The translations under genes were made by a program, and so were the position numbers. Positions 22,941 to 33,921 of a DNA stretch of 50,971 bases are shown one piece after another. Within the stretch, counting starts at the first letter, position 1. Every line of letters starts with the position of its first letter. This stretch comes from Methylophilaceae bacterium (lineage in GTDB: Bacteria > Pseudomonadota > Gammaproteobacteria > Burkholderiales > Methylophilaceae), in assembly GCA_050256215.1 (NCBI GenBank), contig JBBWVM010000040.1, forward strand, positions 1 to 50,971, read 5' to 3'. Below the pieces are notes generated by a model. That model had not been told where the DNA came from and did no database searches. It worked only from the letters and a program-made list of their open reading frames with translations.

Positions 22941-23318
22941 TTACCCACACTTTTTTACCGGGTGTTGTTTTAAATATTGCCATTCTTCATCTGTGTAAAC
23001 TCTTGAGCGGATGATAAATCTTAGTCCAGTAGAGCCTTCCAATGAAAATTGTCCTCCTGTTCCTTTAACAACATCCAAGGTGAGGTGAGTATGTTCCCAG
23101 TATTCAAATTGACTCGCGCTCATATAAAAATGGACATTGTTAACGATCCCCACTTCAACGTCTGCATTCCCTAGATAAAACTCATCTTTTAAGTAGCACA
23201 TGGGCGCACTTCCATCACAGCAACCTCCAGATTGATGAAACATTAATTCGCCATGAGTATTGATTAACTCATCTATTAATTCATCTGCAGCTTTAGTAGA
23301 CGTAACTCTTGAAACCAT
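22941..23318 (-). CDS. DUF779-family protein
   Basis: HG.LMFHQSGGCCDGSAPMC, QFEYWEHTHLTLDVV, FSLE; usual partner of AldB-type dehydrogenases. Confidence 0.92.
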   Translation of the reverse strand: MVSRVTSTKAADELIDELINTHGELMFHQSGGCCDGSAPMCYLKDEFYLGNADVEVGIVNNVHFYMSASQFEYWEHTHLTLDVVKGTGGQFSLEGSTGLRFIIRSRVYTDEEWQYLKQHPVKKCG

Positions 23319-23374
23319 AAGCAATAAAGGTGAGGTGACAGACCTTGCCTTTGTGTTAAATATTATTATCCGAT

Positions 23375-24895
23375 TTAAAAGAAACCAAGTTTAGACTCTG
23401 TGTAACTAACAAGTAAGTTTTTGGTTTGTTGGTAATGATTAAGCATCATTTTATGTGTTTCTCTACCAATACCTGATTGCTTGTAGCCACCAAATGCTGC
23501 ATGGGCAGGGTAGGCATGGAAACAGTTTGTCCAAACACGACCTGCTTGAATACCTCGACCCATTCTAAAGGCAGTATTACCATTTCTTGTCCATACACCA
23601 GAACCTAAACCATACAAGGTATCGTTAGCAATCTCTAGAGCTTCGGCTTCATCCTTGAAGGTGGTGACAGAAACGACTGGTCCAAAAATTTCTTCTTGGA
23701 AGATGCGCATTTTATTGTGCCCTTTAAATATTGTTGGTTCAATATAGTAACCGTCTGATAAGCTTCCACCGTGCACTGTTTTATTTCCACCAATTAAGCA
23801 TTCAGCGCCTTCTTCTTTACCAAGTTTGATGTAAGACATAATTTTTTCCATTTGTTCATTGGAGGCTTGAGCACCCAGCATGGTTGATGAGTCAAGCGGG
23901 TTACCTTGCTTAATAGCCTTAACACGGACAAGAGCTCTTTCCATAAATTTATCATAGATAGATTCCTGAATAAGTGCTCTTGATGGGCAGGTACATACTT
24001 CACCTTGGTTGAAAGCAAACATCACGAAGCCTTCAAGAGCTTTATCAAAGAAGCCATCATCTTTTTCCATAACATCCTCAAAGAAGATATTTGGTGATTT
24101 TCCACCTAATTCTAAAGTTACAGGAATAATATTTTGAGTAGCATATTGCATTATAAGTCGACCAGTTGTTGTCTCGCCTGTAAATGCAATTTTTGCAATT
24201 CTATTAGAACTTGCTAAAGGTTTTCCTGCTTCAAGACCAAAGCCATTAACTATATTGAGTGTTCCGGGAGGAAGAAGATCGCCAATAAGTTCCATTAATA
24301 GAAGTATTGAAGCCGGTGTTTGCTCTGCCGGTTTCATAACAACACAATTTCCAGCAGCTAATGCTGGAGCAATTTTCCAAGTAGCCATAAGAATAGGGAA
24401 GTTCCATGGAATAATTTGCCCCACAACACCAAGTGGCTCATGAAAGTGATAAGCCATCGTGTCTTGGTCGATCTCGCCAATTGATCCTTCTTGCGCTCTG
24501 ATTGCACTCGCAAAATACCGAAAATGATCAATCGCTAGAGGAATATCAGCGGCCATTGTTTCCCTGATGGGCTTGCCGTTATCAATAGTCTCAGCCAATG
24601 CAATGCTTTCTAGATTTTGTTCCATCACATCGGCAATTTTTAAAAGAATATTTGCGCGATCTGTTGTGCTTGTCTTGCCCCAGGCTGTTTTAGCCTCGTG
24701 AGCGGCATCAAGTGCTAACTCTATATCCTTTTCATTTGAGCGTGCAATTTTACAAAATGGCTTTCCTGAAATTGGAGTTATATTTTCAAAATATTTTCCA
24801 TCAACAGGTTTAACCCACTTACCTCCAATATAGTTATCATATTTTTCTTTGTATGGATGTTTAATTCCTAAATCTTTCAGTGTAGTAAAAGTCAT
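23375..24895 (-). CDS. aldB: NAD-dependent aldehyde (acetaldehyde) dehydrogenase, AldB/AcoD/ExaC type
   Basis: [41 protein letters not shown]; start placed at ATG 24895 after an AAGGAG RBS. Confidence 0.93.
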   Translation of the reverse strand: MTFTTLKDLGIKHPYKEKYDNYIGGKWVKPVDGKYFENITPISGKPFCKIARSNEKDIELALDAAHEAKTAWGKTSTTDRANILLKIADVMEQNLESIALAETIDNGKPIRETMAADIPLAIDHFRYFASAIRAQEGSIGEIDQDTMAYHFHEPLGVVGQIIPWNFPILMATWKIAPALAAGNCVVMKPAEQTPASILLLMELIGDLLPPGTLNIVNGFGLEAGKPLASSNRIAKIAFTGETTTGRLIMQYATQNIIPVTLELGGKSPNIFFEDVMEKDDGFFDKALEGFVMFAFNQGEVCTCPSRALIQESIYDKFMERALVRVKAIKQGNPLDSSTMLGAQASNEQMEKIMSYIKLGKEEGAECLIGGNKTVHGGSLSDGYYIEPTIFKGHNKMRIFQEEIFGPVVSVTTFKDEAEALEIANDTLYGLGSGVWTRNGNTAFRMGRGIQAGRVWTNCFHAYPAHAAFGGYKQSGIGRETHKMMLNHYQQTKNLLVSYTESKLGFF

Positions 24896-24989
24896 TATTA
24901 TCTCCTTATGCTTCATATAGTTATTATATTTTTTATACAGTAGCTCTTCTAACAAATTTATTCAATGAATCCTGATATATTAAATGAGA

Positions 24990-24995
24990 TATAAT
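24990..24995 (+). promoter_or_regulatory. Putative sigma70 -10 box of the tRNA-Ser promoter
   Basis: Perfect TATAAT followed by a GC-rich discriminator (GCGGGCG), 9 nt before the tRNA. Confidence 0.6.
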
Positions 24996-25004
24996 TGCGG
25001 GCGT

Positions 25005-25095
25005 GGAAGGGTGGATGAGTGGTTTAAATCGCACGCCTGGAAAGCGTGTTCAGGTTTATTGCCTGACGCGGGTTCGAATCCCGCTCCTTCCGCCA
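25005..25095 (+). tRNA. tRNA-Ser (anticodon GGA)
   Basis: Acceptor GGAAGGG/TCCTTCC-G-CCA, anticodon arm CACGC-CTGGAAA-GCGTG, long variable arm TCAGG..CCTGA, T-loop GGTTCGAATCC. Confidence 0.98.
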
Positions 25096-25127
25096 TTTGG
25101 TCTCAATATATATCTATAAAATATTTA

Positions 25128-27113
25128 TTAAGGATCATTATTATTATGCATTCTAAGTTGATCCAGGATAGCTGGATTTTCAAGAGTTGATATATCTGAG
25201 GTGATTTCTTCACCTTTAGCTAATGATCGTAAGAGTCTTCGCATGATTTTACCTGATCTTGTTTTTGGTAAATTTTCTCCAAATTTAATTTTATCAGGCT
25301 TTGCAATTGGTCCGATGTCTTTACCAACCCATTCTCGCAGTTCGTTAATAATTTTTTTGGCTTGCTCATCCTTTGGTAAGGGGCCTTTGAGCACAACAAA
25401 AGCAACGATAGATTCACCTTTGATGTCATGAGGTCTTCCAACAACCGCGGCTTCCGCAACAAGTGAATTAGCAGCTAATGATGATTCAATTTCCATTGTA
25501 CCTAAACGATGTCCGGAGACATTTAATACATCATCTATTCTTCCCATAATGGTAAAGTAACCTGTTTTTTTGTCCCTTATGGCGCTGTCGCCAGCTAAAT
25601 ATAATTTGCCCCCTAACTCTTTTGGAAAGTAATTTTTTTTAAAACGTTCAGGATCTCCCCATATTGTTCTAATCATTGAAGGCCAAGGTTTTTTAATGAC
25701 TAAAAAACCTCCTGTCCCCCAAGGAACCTCATTACCCGATTCATCGACAACGGTTGCTTGAATACCAGGAAAAGGGAGTGAGCAGGAACCCGGAATTAGG
25801 GGCGTGACAGGAAGGGGAGTAATAACATGCCCCCCAGTCTCTGTTTGCCAAAAAGTATCTAAAATAGGACAGCGATTATTTCCAACATTGTTGTAATACC
25901 ACATCCAAGCTTCTGGGTTAATGGGTTCCCCCACTGAACTTAAGAGACGTAGACTAGAGAGATTATAGTTTTTTGGATGTACGTTTTGATTTATACTTGA
26001 AGCTTTAATTAAGGATCTAATTGCTGTTGGGGCTGTATAAAAAATACTTACCTTATGTTTTTCAATGATTTGCCAAAATCGACCTGCATCAGGATATGTT
26101 GGAACGCCCTCAAAGATAACTTGAGTTATACCTAGAGCAAGCGGACCATAAGCTACATAAGTATGTCCTGTTATCCAACCAACATCAGCGGTGCACCAGA
26201 AAACATCACTTGATTTTGCATCAAACGTGAGTCGAGTTGTATTCATAGCATGTAATAAATAACCTGCAGATGAATGTTGAACTCCTTTCGGCTTCCCAGT
26301 TGATCCAGAGGTATAGAGGAGGAAAAGTGGATGTTCAGCGTTCACCATAACAGGATTACAGCTGTCATCCTGATTAGCTATAAGTTCTTCCCAGGCAACA
26401 TCTCGATTATTCCAACTAGTGTCAGCGTTTGTGCGTTTGAAAACAATAACTTTTTCAACACAATCACAATCTGGTGATGTTAATGCCTCATCAACTGCAG
26501 TTTTGAGGGGCATTGTTTTACCGCCACGGAATTGACCATCAGCAGTTATAACGATGCGAGCACCAGCGTCGTGTATACGTTCCCTTAAGCTTTTTGCTGA
26601 GAAGCCTCCAAAGACAATCGAATGAGTTAATCCCAGCCGAGCACAAGCTTGCATTGCTACTATAGCTTCAATTCCCATGGGCATGTAGATGACAATGCGA
26701 TCACCAACATTAAGATTTAGGGTTTTCAGCCCATTAGCAAATTGACATACTTTTCCATGAAGTTCTTTGTAGGTAAGTTTACTTACATCTCCATTATCTG
26801 CTTCAAAAATGAGTGCGATTTTATTGGCATTTTTATCTAAATGTCGATCAATACAATTAAATGAAACATTTAGCTCGCCATCGCCAAACCATTTATAAAA
26901 TGGTGCGCTGGATTCATCCAGGACCTTTGTGAAGGGTTTATTCCAAACAAGTAGTTCTTGCGCAAGTTTTGCCCAAAAACCTTCATAGTCTTGTTCCGCT
27001 TCTTCACAAAGTTTGTGATACGCTTCCATACTTGGGACTACAGCATTCTTTGTTATATCTAAGCTAGGCTCAAATATCCTTTCTTTATGATGAGTTGATT
27101 CAGTTGCTGTCAC
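25128..27113 (-). CDS. acs: Acetyl-CoA synthetase (AMP-forming)
   Basis: [51 protein letters not shown]; GTG start with AAAGGAG RBS. Confidence 0.95.
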   Translation of the reverse strand: MTATESTHHKERIFEPSLDITKNAVVPSMEAYHKLCEEAEQDYEGFWAKLAQELLVWNKPFTKVLDESSAPFYKWFGDGELNVSFNCIDRHLDKNANKIALIFEADNGDVSKLTYKELHGKVCQFANGLKTLNLNVGDRIVIYMPMGIEAIVAMQACARLGLTHSIVFGGFSAKSLRERIHDAGARIVITADGQFRGGKTMPLKTAVDEALTSPDCDCVEKVIVFKRTNADTSWNNRDVAWEELIANQDDSCNPVMVNAEHPLFLLYTSGSTGKPKGVQHSSAGYLLHAMNTTRLTFDAKSSDVFWCTADVGWITGHTYVAYGPLALGITQVIFEGVPTYPDAGRFWQIIEKHKVSIFYTAPTAIRSLIKASSINQNVHPKNYNLSSLRLLSSVGEPINPEAWMWYYNNVGNNRCPILDTFWQTETGGHVITPLPVTPLIPGSCSLPFPGIQATVVDESGNEVPWGTGGFLVIKKPWPSMIRTIWGDPERFKKNYFPKELGGKLYLAGDSAIRDKKTGYFTIMGRIDDVLNVSGHRLGTMEIESSLAANSLVAEAAVVGRPHDIKGESIVAFVVLKGPLPKDEQAKKIINELREWVGKDIGPIAKPDKIKFGENLPKTRSGKIMRRLLRSLAKGEEITSDISTLENPAILDQLRMHNNNDP

Positions 27114-27175
27114 TCTATAACTCCTTTGTAATTAATTACTTAATGATTTCTAAATAAATAAAATGTTTTAACAAT

Positions 27176-28656
27176 CTAGTTCGTAGTTGAATGTTCCTCT
27201 TTCCAGAAGAGATCAATATATTCATTTACAGATATTTTTTCAAATTGTTTCTGATCAAGACTTACGCTTAAAATTTTATGGGCTTGGCTCTTATTAAATT
27301 CTCTTGCTAGATTGGTTTTAAATTTTTCGATTAATTTCGGAATACCTTCATCTCTTCGAAGCTTATGTCCAATGGGGTATTCAACTACAATTTTTTTAGA
27401 TAATGTGCCATCTTTGTAAAAAATTTGTATGGCATTAGTAATTGATCGTTTATCTACGTCAAGATAATCATGAGTGTATTGATTTAACTCTTCACAGATC
27501 ATTTTTTCTCTTAATAAATCAATTTTTGGATCTTGAGCAGCCTGATTCTCGTAATCTTGTGCTGTCAAGTTGCCTTTGAGTAAACCAATGGCTACCATGT
27601 ACTGAATACAGTGATCACGATCTGCTGGGTTATTAAGTGGTCCAGTCTTATCAATAATACGTATAGCAGATTCATGTGTGGTAATTATTATTTTGTCGAT
27701 TTCTTTAATCTTATCGACTGTATTCATTTTGATAATTTCATTATCATGTAGTGTTATAGCGCATTCAATGGCGGTCTGTGCATGAAATTCTGCAGGGAAG
27801 GAGATTTTAAATAAAACATTCTCCATAACGTAGCTACCATAATCACGTTGGAATTTTAAAGGGTTACCATTAAATAAAACGTCGTAAAATCCCCATGTTT
27901 TTGCTGTTAAAGCTGTCGGGTAGCCCATTTCACCCTTCATGACCATCAATGCAAGTCTGACTGCGCGACTGGTTGCATCACCCGCCGCCCAGGATTTTCT
28001 AGATCCTGTATTGGGTGTGTGTCGATAGGTGCGTAGACTTTGACCATCAATCCACGCATTCGATAACGCATCAATAATTTGTTCTTTCGATGCACCTAAC
28101 ATCTTTGCAACCACAGCAGTGGAGGCAACTTTAACTAAAATAACATGATCTAAACCGACGCGATTAAAACTATTTTCAAGAGCAATTATACCCTGTATTT
28201 CATGAGCTTTAATCATAGCCTCAAGCACATCTTTCATTGCAAGTGGGTCTTTCCTTCAGCTAACCTTGTCCTAGAAAGCCAATCAGCAACCGCAAGGATA
28301 CCACCTAGATTATCAGAAGGGTGACCCCATTCAGCCGCAAGCCAAGTATCATTAAAGTCAAGCCAGCGGATCATAGCGCCAATATTAAATGCAGCATTCA
28401 CTGGGTCTAGTTGATAATTCGTACCAGGAACCTTGGCACCATTAGGGACCGTTGAGCCCGGGACGATCGGACCAAGAAGTTTTGTGCAAGCCGGATAACT
28501 TAAGGCTTCTAAACCACAACCTAGCGTGTCAATTAAGCAATTTCTAGCTATTTCAAAGGCCTCCTGGCTCCTTATTTCGAAGTCATAAACATAACTCGCA
28601 ATATCTACATTCACCTGATCAGGTTGCTGGTTAAATTGTTTTGTTTCGTGTGACAT
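27176..28656 (-). pseudogene. prpD: 2-methylcitrate dehydratase, split into two ORFs by a 1-nt deletion near 28245-28252 (possible sequencing error or split gene)
   Basis: 28234..28656 ([20 protein letters not shown]) and 27176..28237 ([36 protein letters not shown]) join as ...[14 protein letters not shown] if one base is added. Confidence 0.92.
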
Positions 28657-28674
28657 TAAAACCCTTATCGTTAA

Positions 28675-29808
28675 TTAACGTTCATTAATGGGGGGGATTG
28701 GACGATTATTGGGTCCGGTATATTCAGCATTTGGACGAATAATTTTGTTATCAATCCTCTGCTCTATAATATGGGCTGACCAACCTGCTGTTCGTGAAAT
28801 TACAAAAATGGGTGTAAACATAAGGGTTGGTATACCCATAAGATGATAAGAGGAGGCGCTATACCAATCTAGGTTCGGGAACATTTTTTTTTCATCCCAC
28901 ATGACATGTTCAATGCAATCTGAGATGTTATAGAGATTCATATCCCCCGCATCTTTTGAAAGGTCATGCGAAACTTTTTTTATACATTCATTTCTTGGAT
29001 CGCTAATGGTGTAAACGGGATGTCCGAACCCAATGATGATTTCTTTATTTGTCATACGACGTTTAATATCCGCTTTAGCATCATCAGGGTTCTTGTATCG
29101 CTCAATGATTTCCATTGCCGCTTCATTAGCGCCACCATGTTTAGGACCTCTGAGCGCACCAATAGCTCCAGTGATGGCTGAGTACAAATCAGATAAGGTA
29201 CTAGAAATAACTCGACCTGCGAATGTCGAGGCATTAAATTCGTGTTCTGCATACAAAATCAACGAGATATTCATTGATCGTTCATGCAGGGCTGAAGGTT
29301 TTTTCCCATGAAGTAGGTGAAGAAAATGACTTGCAATATTATCCTCCCCTGTATTAAGGTCAATTTGCTTGCCTTCATGAGAAAACTTATACCAATAGAT
29401 AAGAATAGAGCTAAAACATGAAATTAATCGATCTGCTAGTTCTTTTGTTCCTTCAATATCTCGATCAACTGACTCAGGCTCAAGAGTACCTAGCATGGAA
29501 CAGCCAGTCCTCATGACATCCATAGGATGCACATCTTTAGGAATTTTCTCAAGAACAGCTTTTAGATTTTCTGGAAGATCGCGAAGTGTTTTTAATTTAG
29601 TTTTATATTTATCCAGTTGTGTTTGATTTGGAAGTTCAGCATGGATTAAAAGATGCGCAACTTCTTCAAAGGAACATTTCTCGGCTAATTCAATGATGTC
29701 ATAGCCACGATAATGTAGATCATTACCAGTATGACCAACGGTACAAATTGCTGATGTTCCTGCATTAACACCTGCCAATGCGACACCTTTTTTTACTTTT
29801 ACAATCAT
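28675..29808 (-). CDS. prpC: 2-methylcitrate synthase
   Basis: [47 protein letters not shown]; lies between prpB and prpD. Confidence 0.95.
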   Translation of the reverse strand: MIVKVKKGVALAGVNAGTSAICTVGHTGNDLHYRGYDIIELAEKCSFEEVAHLLIHAELPNQTQLDKYKTKLKTLRDLPENLKAVLEKIPKDVHPMDVMRTGCSMLGTLEPESVDRDIEGTKELADRLISCFSSILIYWYKFSHEGKQIDLNTGEDNIASHFLHLLHGKKPSALHERSMNISLILYAEHEFNASTFAGRVISSTLSDLYSAITGAIGALRGPKHGGANEAAMEIIERYKNPDDAKADIKRRMTNKEIIIGFGHPVYTISDPRNECIKKVSHDLSKDAGDMNLYNISDCIEHVMWDEKKMFPNLDWYSASSYHLMGIPTLMFTPIFVISRTAGWSAHIIEQRIDNKIIRPNAEYTGPNNRPIPPINER

Positions 29809-29831
29809 ATTATTTTCCTTCTATCTATTTT

Positions 29832-30704
29832 TTATTTTTTAAAAAGCTGATCAAGCTTTTTTTCGTATTCGTGATAATTTAAAAAATCGTAGAGTTCATT
29901 ACGGGTTTGCATATCACTGATTAAATGTTTTTGAGTTCCTTCTTTTTTAATTTCCTTATAAATTTTTAATGCTGCCTTATTCATCGCTCTAAAAGCGCTC
30001 AGTGGATAGAGGGCAATTGATATACCAGCTTCTTTTAATTCTGATGTGGAGAATAGGGGTGTTGCACCAAATTCTGTAATATTGGCAAGCACAGGCACAT
30101 CAACTTTTTTAGTAAAAATTTTATAGGTTTCCAGGTTATTGATTGCCTCAGGAAAGATCATATCTGCTCCCGCTTCAATACATGCGCAAGCTCGATCAAT
30201 CGCGGACTCTAATCCCTCAACGGCTAGGGCATCAGTTCTCGCCATGATGATAAAATCTGAATCATTTTTTGCATCAACAGCCGCTTTAATACGGTCAACC
30301 ATTTCATCTTGAGTGACTATAGCTTTGTTGGGTCGATGACCACAGCGTTTCTCGTGAACCTGATCTTCAATATGAACTGCGGCGGCACCTGCCTTTTCAA
30401 CGGAACGTATGGTTCGTGCAATGTTAAATGCACCGCCGAAACCAGTATCAATATCAACTAATAATGGAAGTGCGGTAACGTCTGTAATTCGACGGATATC
30501 AATTAACACATCTTCTAATGTTGTGATGCCTAAATCTGGTATCCCTAAAGATCCAGCAGCAACACCTCCGCCTGAGAGATAAAGCGCCTTAAAACCTGAG
30601 CGCTCTGCTAATCGCGCATGGTATGCGTTTATTGTCCCAATGACTTGTAAGGGCGATTCTTGATTAATGGCCTTTTTGAATTTTTTCCCTGGCATTATTT
30701 TCAT
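29832..30704 (-). CDS. prpB: 2-methylisocitrate lyase
   Basis: [38 protein letters not shown]. Confidence 0.97.
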   Translation of the reverse strand: MKIMPGKKFKKAINQESPLQVIGTINAYHARLAERSGFKALYLSGGGVAAGSLGIPDLGITTLEDVLIDIRRITDVTALPLLVDIDTGFGGAFNIARTIRSVEKAGAAAVHIEDQVHEKRCGHRPNKAIVTQDEMVDRIKAAVDAKNDSDFIIMARTDALAVEGLESAIDRACACIEAGADMIFPEAINNLETYKIFTKKVDVPVLANITEFGATPLFSTSELKEAGISIALYPLSAFRAMNKAALKIYKEIKKEGTQKHLISDMQTRNELYDFLNYHEYEKKLDQLFKK

Positions 30705-30709
30705 GCTGG

Positions 30710-31705
30710 TTAAGCCTTATTAAAAAAAGCCTGATTAATTTCATCGGTTAGATTCATTCCCGATAATTTAGCTCTTTGAAGAATTTCCCAGAAATAGCGA
30801 TATGTTGCTCGATCATGTAATTCGCCATCGTATTGAATGGGTCCCCAATCTGCCTTTTGGGCTTGTATTAAAATTTGTGCACCATCTTGAACCTCACTAA
30901 AGTCTGGTTTCATTGCATCAACAATGGCTTGAATTTGGGTTGGGTAAATACTCCACATTCTCAGAAAACCAAATTCTTGACGGGCACGTTTGGCATCGCT
31001 GTGAGTGACTTCAGTATTTTTTAAATCAAGTGTCACGTTATGAGCCGGCACGATCCCATGACCAATCGCTGCCGCAACCACTTCAGATTTTGCTCGGGCA
31101 AGCAACTGGTGATCAAATTGCCCTGGGCTTTTCATTGCTGATGCTGGAATGGCACCATGATGACTGCTAACAAAATCCATGAGTCCAAAATCTAATACTT
31201 GAACCCAATTAATAGTAGCAATATCTTGAATTTCTTTGAGTGCACCATGTGTTTCAATTAAAACATGAATGGGTATCTCCTTTTTTATATTAAGCGATGA
31301 AGCTTGTTGCTTAATATAATCAACCATCTCCTTGACTTGCTTGGCTTGAGTTGATTTAGGTATTGTAATGTAGGTTACTATATCACCAATTCCTTTTAGG
31401 ATAATGTCAACATCCTGTTTCCAGGATAGATGTGTATAGTCATGAATTCGTACGCCAGCCATTTTATATTTGTTAAGTTCTGAACTTAAAATACGAACAA
31501 TCATCACAGCATGCTCTCTTTCCTGTCCTGTCGCGGCACCGTCCTCACAATCACATGTAATATCAAAAATTGGACCTAGTTTATCTTGAAGAGCAAGGGC
31601 TTTGACAATTAATTTTTCACTTCCAGAAAAATGTTCACACGTAGGTATTGCAGGTAAATGTTTTTCACTTTGAAATAGTGCTTCGTTTGGATGAACTAAT
31701 TGCAT
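30710..31705 (-). CDS. CitE/HpcH-HpaI-family acyl-CoA C-C lyase (malyl-/beta-methylmalyl-CoA lyase candidate)
   Basis: DCEDGA, GVRIHD, LIETHGA, DFGLMDF, SIYPTQI, C-terminal GELHDRATY. Confidence 0.85.
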   Translation of the reverse strand: MQLVHPNEALFQSEKHLPAIPTCEHFSGSEKLIVKALALQDKLGPIFDITCDCEDGAATGQEREHAVMIVRILSSELNKYKMAGVRIHDYTHLSWKQDVDIILKGIGDIVTYITIPKSTQAKQVKEMVDYIKQQASSLNIKKEIPIHVLIETHGALKEIQDIATINWVQVLDFGLMDFVSSHHGAIPASAMKSPGQFDHQLLARAKSEVVAAAIGHGIVPAHNVTLDLKNTEVTHSDAKRARQEFGFLRMWSIYPTQIQAIVDAMKPDFSEVQDGAQILIQAQKADWGPIQYDGELHDRATYRYFWEILQRAKLSGMNLTDEINQAFFNKA

Positions 31706-32772
31706 TTGTAATTTCCTTTAGGTAAAACGACGCTATAGTCGAGCTCCAAAACAACGTTTGGATCGTAAATTTTATTATATGAATTATCTTGGTAGATTGA
31801 TTGTAATGATTCAGACGTTTTATTTTTAATCCCAATCATTTTTAGTTTTAACACACCTAAATCAGATCTTCCGGGAATTTTATCTTTAGCAGTAACAATC
31901 GTTTTAGTAAACAAAGTATCACCTGAAAATGTTGGGTTACAATGCTTTCCACCATGGATCGCACTTATTAACAAAATGTTCTCTAAGCCTTCAAAACTTA
32001 AGGAACGGCACAAAGAAATGATATGACCGCCGTAAACAAGGCGTTTTTTGAAGGGCGTATTTTTCATTATGTGGGCATTAAAGTGAAGCTTGGCATCATT
32101 TTGATATAGATGAGTTGCTAAGGTATGTGCGGTCTCATCAATCGTTAAGCCACGATCGTGATTAATAACTTCATTAACCTCATAATCATCCCATAGTTTT
32201 GTAGAACCAGTTAATGCGTAATTCAATTGATTTGTTTTAATAAATTTAGGAATATGCATTTGATTAACAGATACGGACAGCTTGATATCATTCGGTAATA
32301 ACTCATTAATTTTTGCATTCTTATTTCTTTTTGGAATCATAACCCAGCGCTTCCAGCTTAAAATTTTCTCTTTATTTTGATTAAAACTGGATGAGTGTAC
32401 ATAAATAATTCCAGTTGTTTTATTTGAATTCTCTTTAATTCCAATCACTTTAGATTTGCTGGTAAGTGTGTCTCCAGGATAGACGGGGCGAATAAATTTA
32501 ATTTCAGCATAACCTAAGTTTGCAATTGCATTAAGCGAAATATCATGAACAGTTCGACCAAAAGCAATATGAAATAAAAGAAGATCATTAACGGGGGAGG
32601 TGGGATAACCTAAATCTCTTGCAAAAGTATGAGCGCAAAATAAAGGATACCTCTCTCCGGTTAAGGCCAAATAAAGAGAATTATCTCCCTCACTAATTGT
32701 TCTAGGCACAGCATGTTCAATGACTTGATTATGCTGAAAGTCCTCAAGAAAATTACCCAATGAACTAGTCAT
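31696..32772 (-). CDS. mch: Double-MaoC (hot-dog) hydratase, mesaconyl-C1-CoA (2-methylfumaryl-CoA) hydratase-like
   Basis: GNFLEDF..Q.I.HAVPRT, FGRTVHDISLNAIANLGYAE, VYPGDTL, KENSN..TG, HFNAH, VYGGHIISL, HCNPTFSGDT. Confidence 0.82.
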   Translation of the reverse strand: MTSSLGNFLEDFQHNQVIEHAVPRTISEGDNSLYLALTGERYPLFCAHTFARDLGYPTSPVNDLLLFHIAFGRTVHDISLNAIANLGYAEIKFIRPVYPGDTLTSKSKVIGIKENSNKTTGIIYVHSSSFNQNKEKILSWKRWVMIPKRNKNAKINELLPNDIKLSVSVNQMHIPKFIKTNQLNYALTGSTKLWDDYEVNEVINHDRGLTIDETAHTLATHLYQNDAKLHFNAHIMKNTPFKKRLVYGGHIISLCRSLSFEGLENILLISAIHGGKHCNPTFSGDTLFTKTIVTAKDKIPGRSDLGVLKLKMIGIKNKTSESLQSIYQDNSYNKIYDPNVVLELDYSVVLPKGNYKCN

Positions 32773-33646
32773 AATTAAGCTCCTTTATCATATTATCAAG
32801 CACAAGGAGACGCTTGGCTGCATGGATATGATGATGTTCAACTAATCGATCGTTTACAACAACTGTTCCTCGACCTAAAGCGTTAGCATCTGCTAAGGCA
32901 GTAATAATTTCTTGGTTATTTCTTACCTCCTTGATTTTTGGGGTATAGGCATCATTTGCATAAGGAAGTTGGTTTGGATGAACAAGGGATTTTCCATCAA
33001 AACCCATATCTCGACCCACCCTGCATGCATATTCAAAAGAATCCCAATCTTTAAGGTTACTATGAATACCATCAACAACTGAACGACCATAGGCGCGTGC
33101 AGCAAGAATTACTGTTGAGAGACTATGCAAAATGGCAATACGATTTTGAGTGGTTCGGGCATGTAGTTGAGAGATTAAATCGCTGGTAGCAAGAATCATG
33201 CAGGCAATCCGATCTGACGCACTTGCAATTTCTTCTGCATGTAGCACTGCCTTGGGACTTTCTATCATAACCATAATAGGCGTCCCTTGACCACCAGCAG
33301 TATCAAGCTCATCAATTACCCTTAAGACATCCTCTTGTGATTCAATATTTGGAAACAAGACAGCGTCTACTTTTAGTTTTGCAACGGCTTTAATATCATT
33401 TAAGCCCCAAGGCGAATTAAAATCATTAACTCGGACAACAATCTCTCGTTTTCCATAACATTTTTGGTTTAAAAAATCGACCACATTATCACGTGAGACT
33501 TCCTTGGCATCAAGAAGGATTGGATCACCCAAGTCTAGTATCACTGAATCAACTTTCAGCGTTTTAGCTTTTTCAAGATAACGTCGATTGCATCCAGGCA
33601 CATATAGCATGGATCTACGTGGACGAAAATAATGTAAATTTGACAT
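32765..33646 (-). CDS. CitE-family CoA-ester lyase/thioesterase (Mcl2-like malyl-CoA thioesterase candidate)
   Basis: RPRRSMLYVPG, VRVN...PWG, MIESP, GFDGKSLVHPNQ, C-terminal RLVE.HH; start placed at ATG 33646. Confidence 0.82.
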   Translation of the reverse strand: MSNLHYFRPRRSMLYVPGCNRRYLEKAKTLKVDSVILDLGDPILLDAKEVSRDNVVDFLNQKCYGKREIVVRVNDFNSPWGLNDIKAVAKLKVDAVLFPNIESQEDVLRVIDELDTAGGQGTPIMVMIESPKAVLHAEEIASASDRIACMILATSDLISQLHARTTQNRIAILHSLSTVILAARAYGRSVVDGIHSNLKDWDSFEYACRVGRDMGFDGKSLVHPNQLPYANDAYTPKIKEVRNNQEIITALADANALGRGTVVVNDRLVEHHHIHAAKRLLVLDNMIKELNYD

Positions 33647-33683
33647 AGTTGGTAATTTTAAGTGTTTGAATGGATATATGCAC

Positions 33684-33713
33684 ATGTTATATTATATTTC
33701 AAATATATGTCAA
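33684..33713 (-). promoter_or_regulatory. Putative sigma70 promoter of the left operon
   Basis: TTGACA (33713-33708), 18-nt spacer, TAACAT (33689-33684). Confidence 0.5.
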
Positions 33714-33728
33714 ATCATTTTTTTATTC

Positions 33729-33756
33729 TTATGTAAGACTTATAAGACTTACATAA
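33729..33756. promoter_or_regulatory. Palindromic operator candidate for the adjacent GntR (SdhR-like) regulator
   Basis: TTATGTAAGACTTATAAGACTTACATAA: 28-bp inverted repeat with 13 of 14 pairs; related half-site TATATAAGACATAA at 33882-33895. Confidence 0.7.
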
Positions 33757-33851
33757 AAGATAAGTTGACTTAAATTTTAAAAATTGTTTTAAAACAGTAT
33801 CTTAATATAACAAATATAAAAAAGTTGACTTTTTAATAAATAAAAAGAAGG

Positions 33852-33880
33852 TTGATTTATTTTTTTAACTCATATATATT
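33852..33880 (+). promoter_or_regulatory. Putative sigma70 promoter of the gntR-mae-sdh operon
   Basis: TTGATT (33852-33857), 17-nt spacer, TATATT (33875-33880). Confidence 0.5.
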
Positions 33881-33921
33881 ATATATAAGACATAAAAAAT
33901 TATTATATAGGCATATTTAAG

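Noticed and set aside
22775-23014. 79-aa + strand ORF
   Set aside because: It is antisense to the SRP RNA and the DUF779 end, and has no recognisable protein features.
24896-24955. N-terminal extensions in the ORF track (aldB; also 33647-33685, 34532-34636 and 19630-19647)
   Set aside because: Downstream ATGs fit the RBS or family N-termini better, and the extensions overlap promoters or upstream genes.
24984-25190. 68-aa ORF
   Set aside because: It runs through tRNA-Ser and overlaps the acs 3' end.
29832-30704. Isocitrate lyase (aceA) call
   Set aside because: The 290-aa length, KRCGH motif and prpC/prpD context indicate PrpB.
33720-33900. CRISPR-like or iteron repeats
   Set aside because: The repeats are short (9-10 bp) and irregular, without spacers or cas/rep genes; operator sites explain them better.
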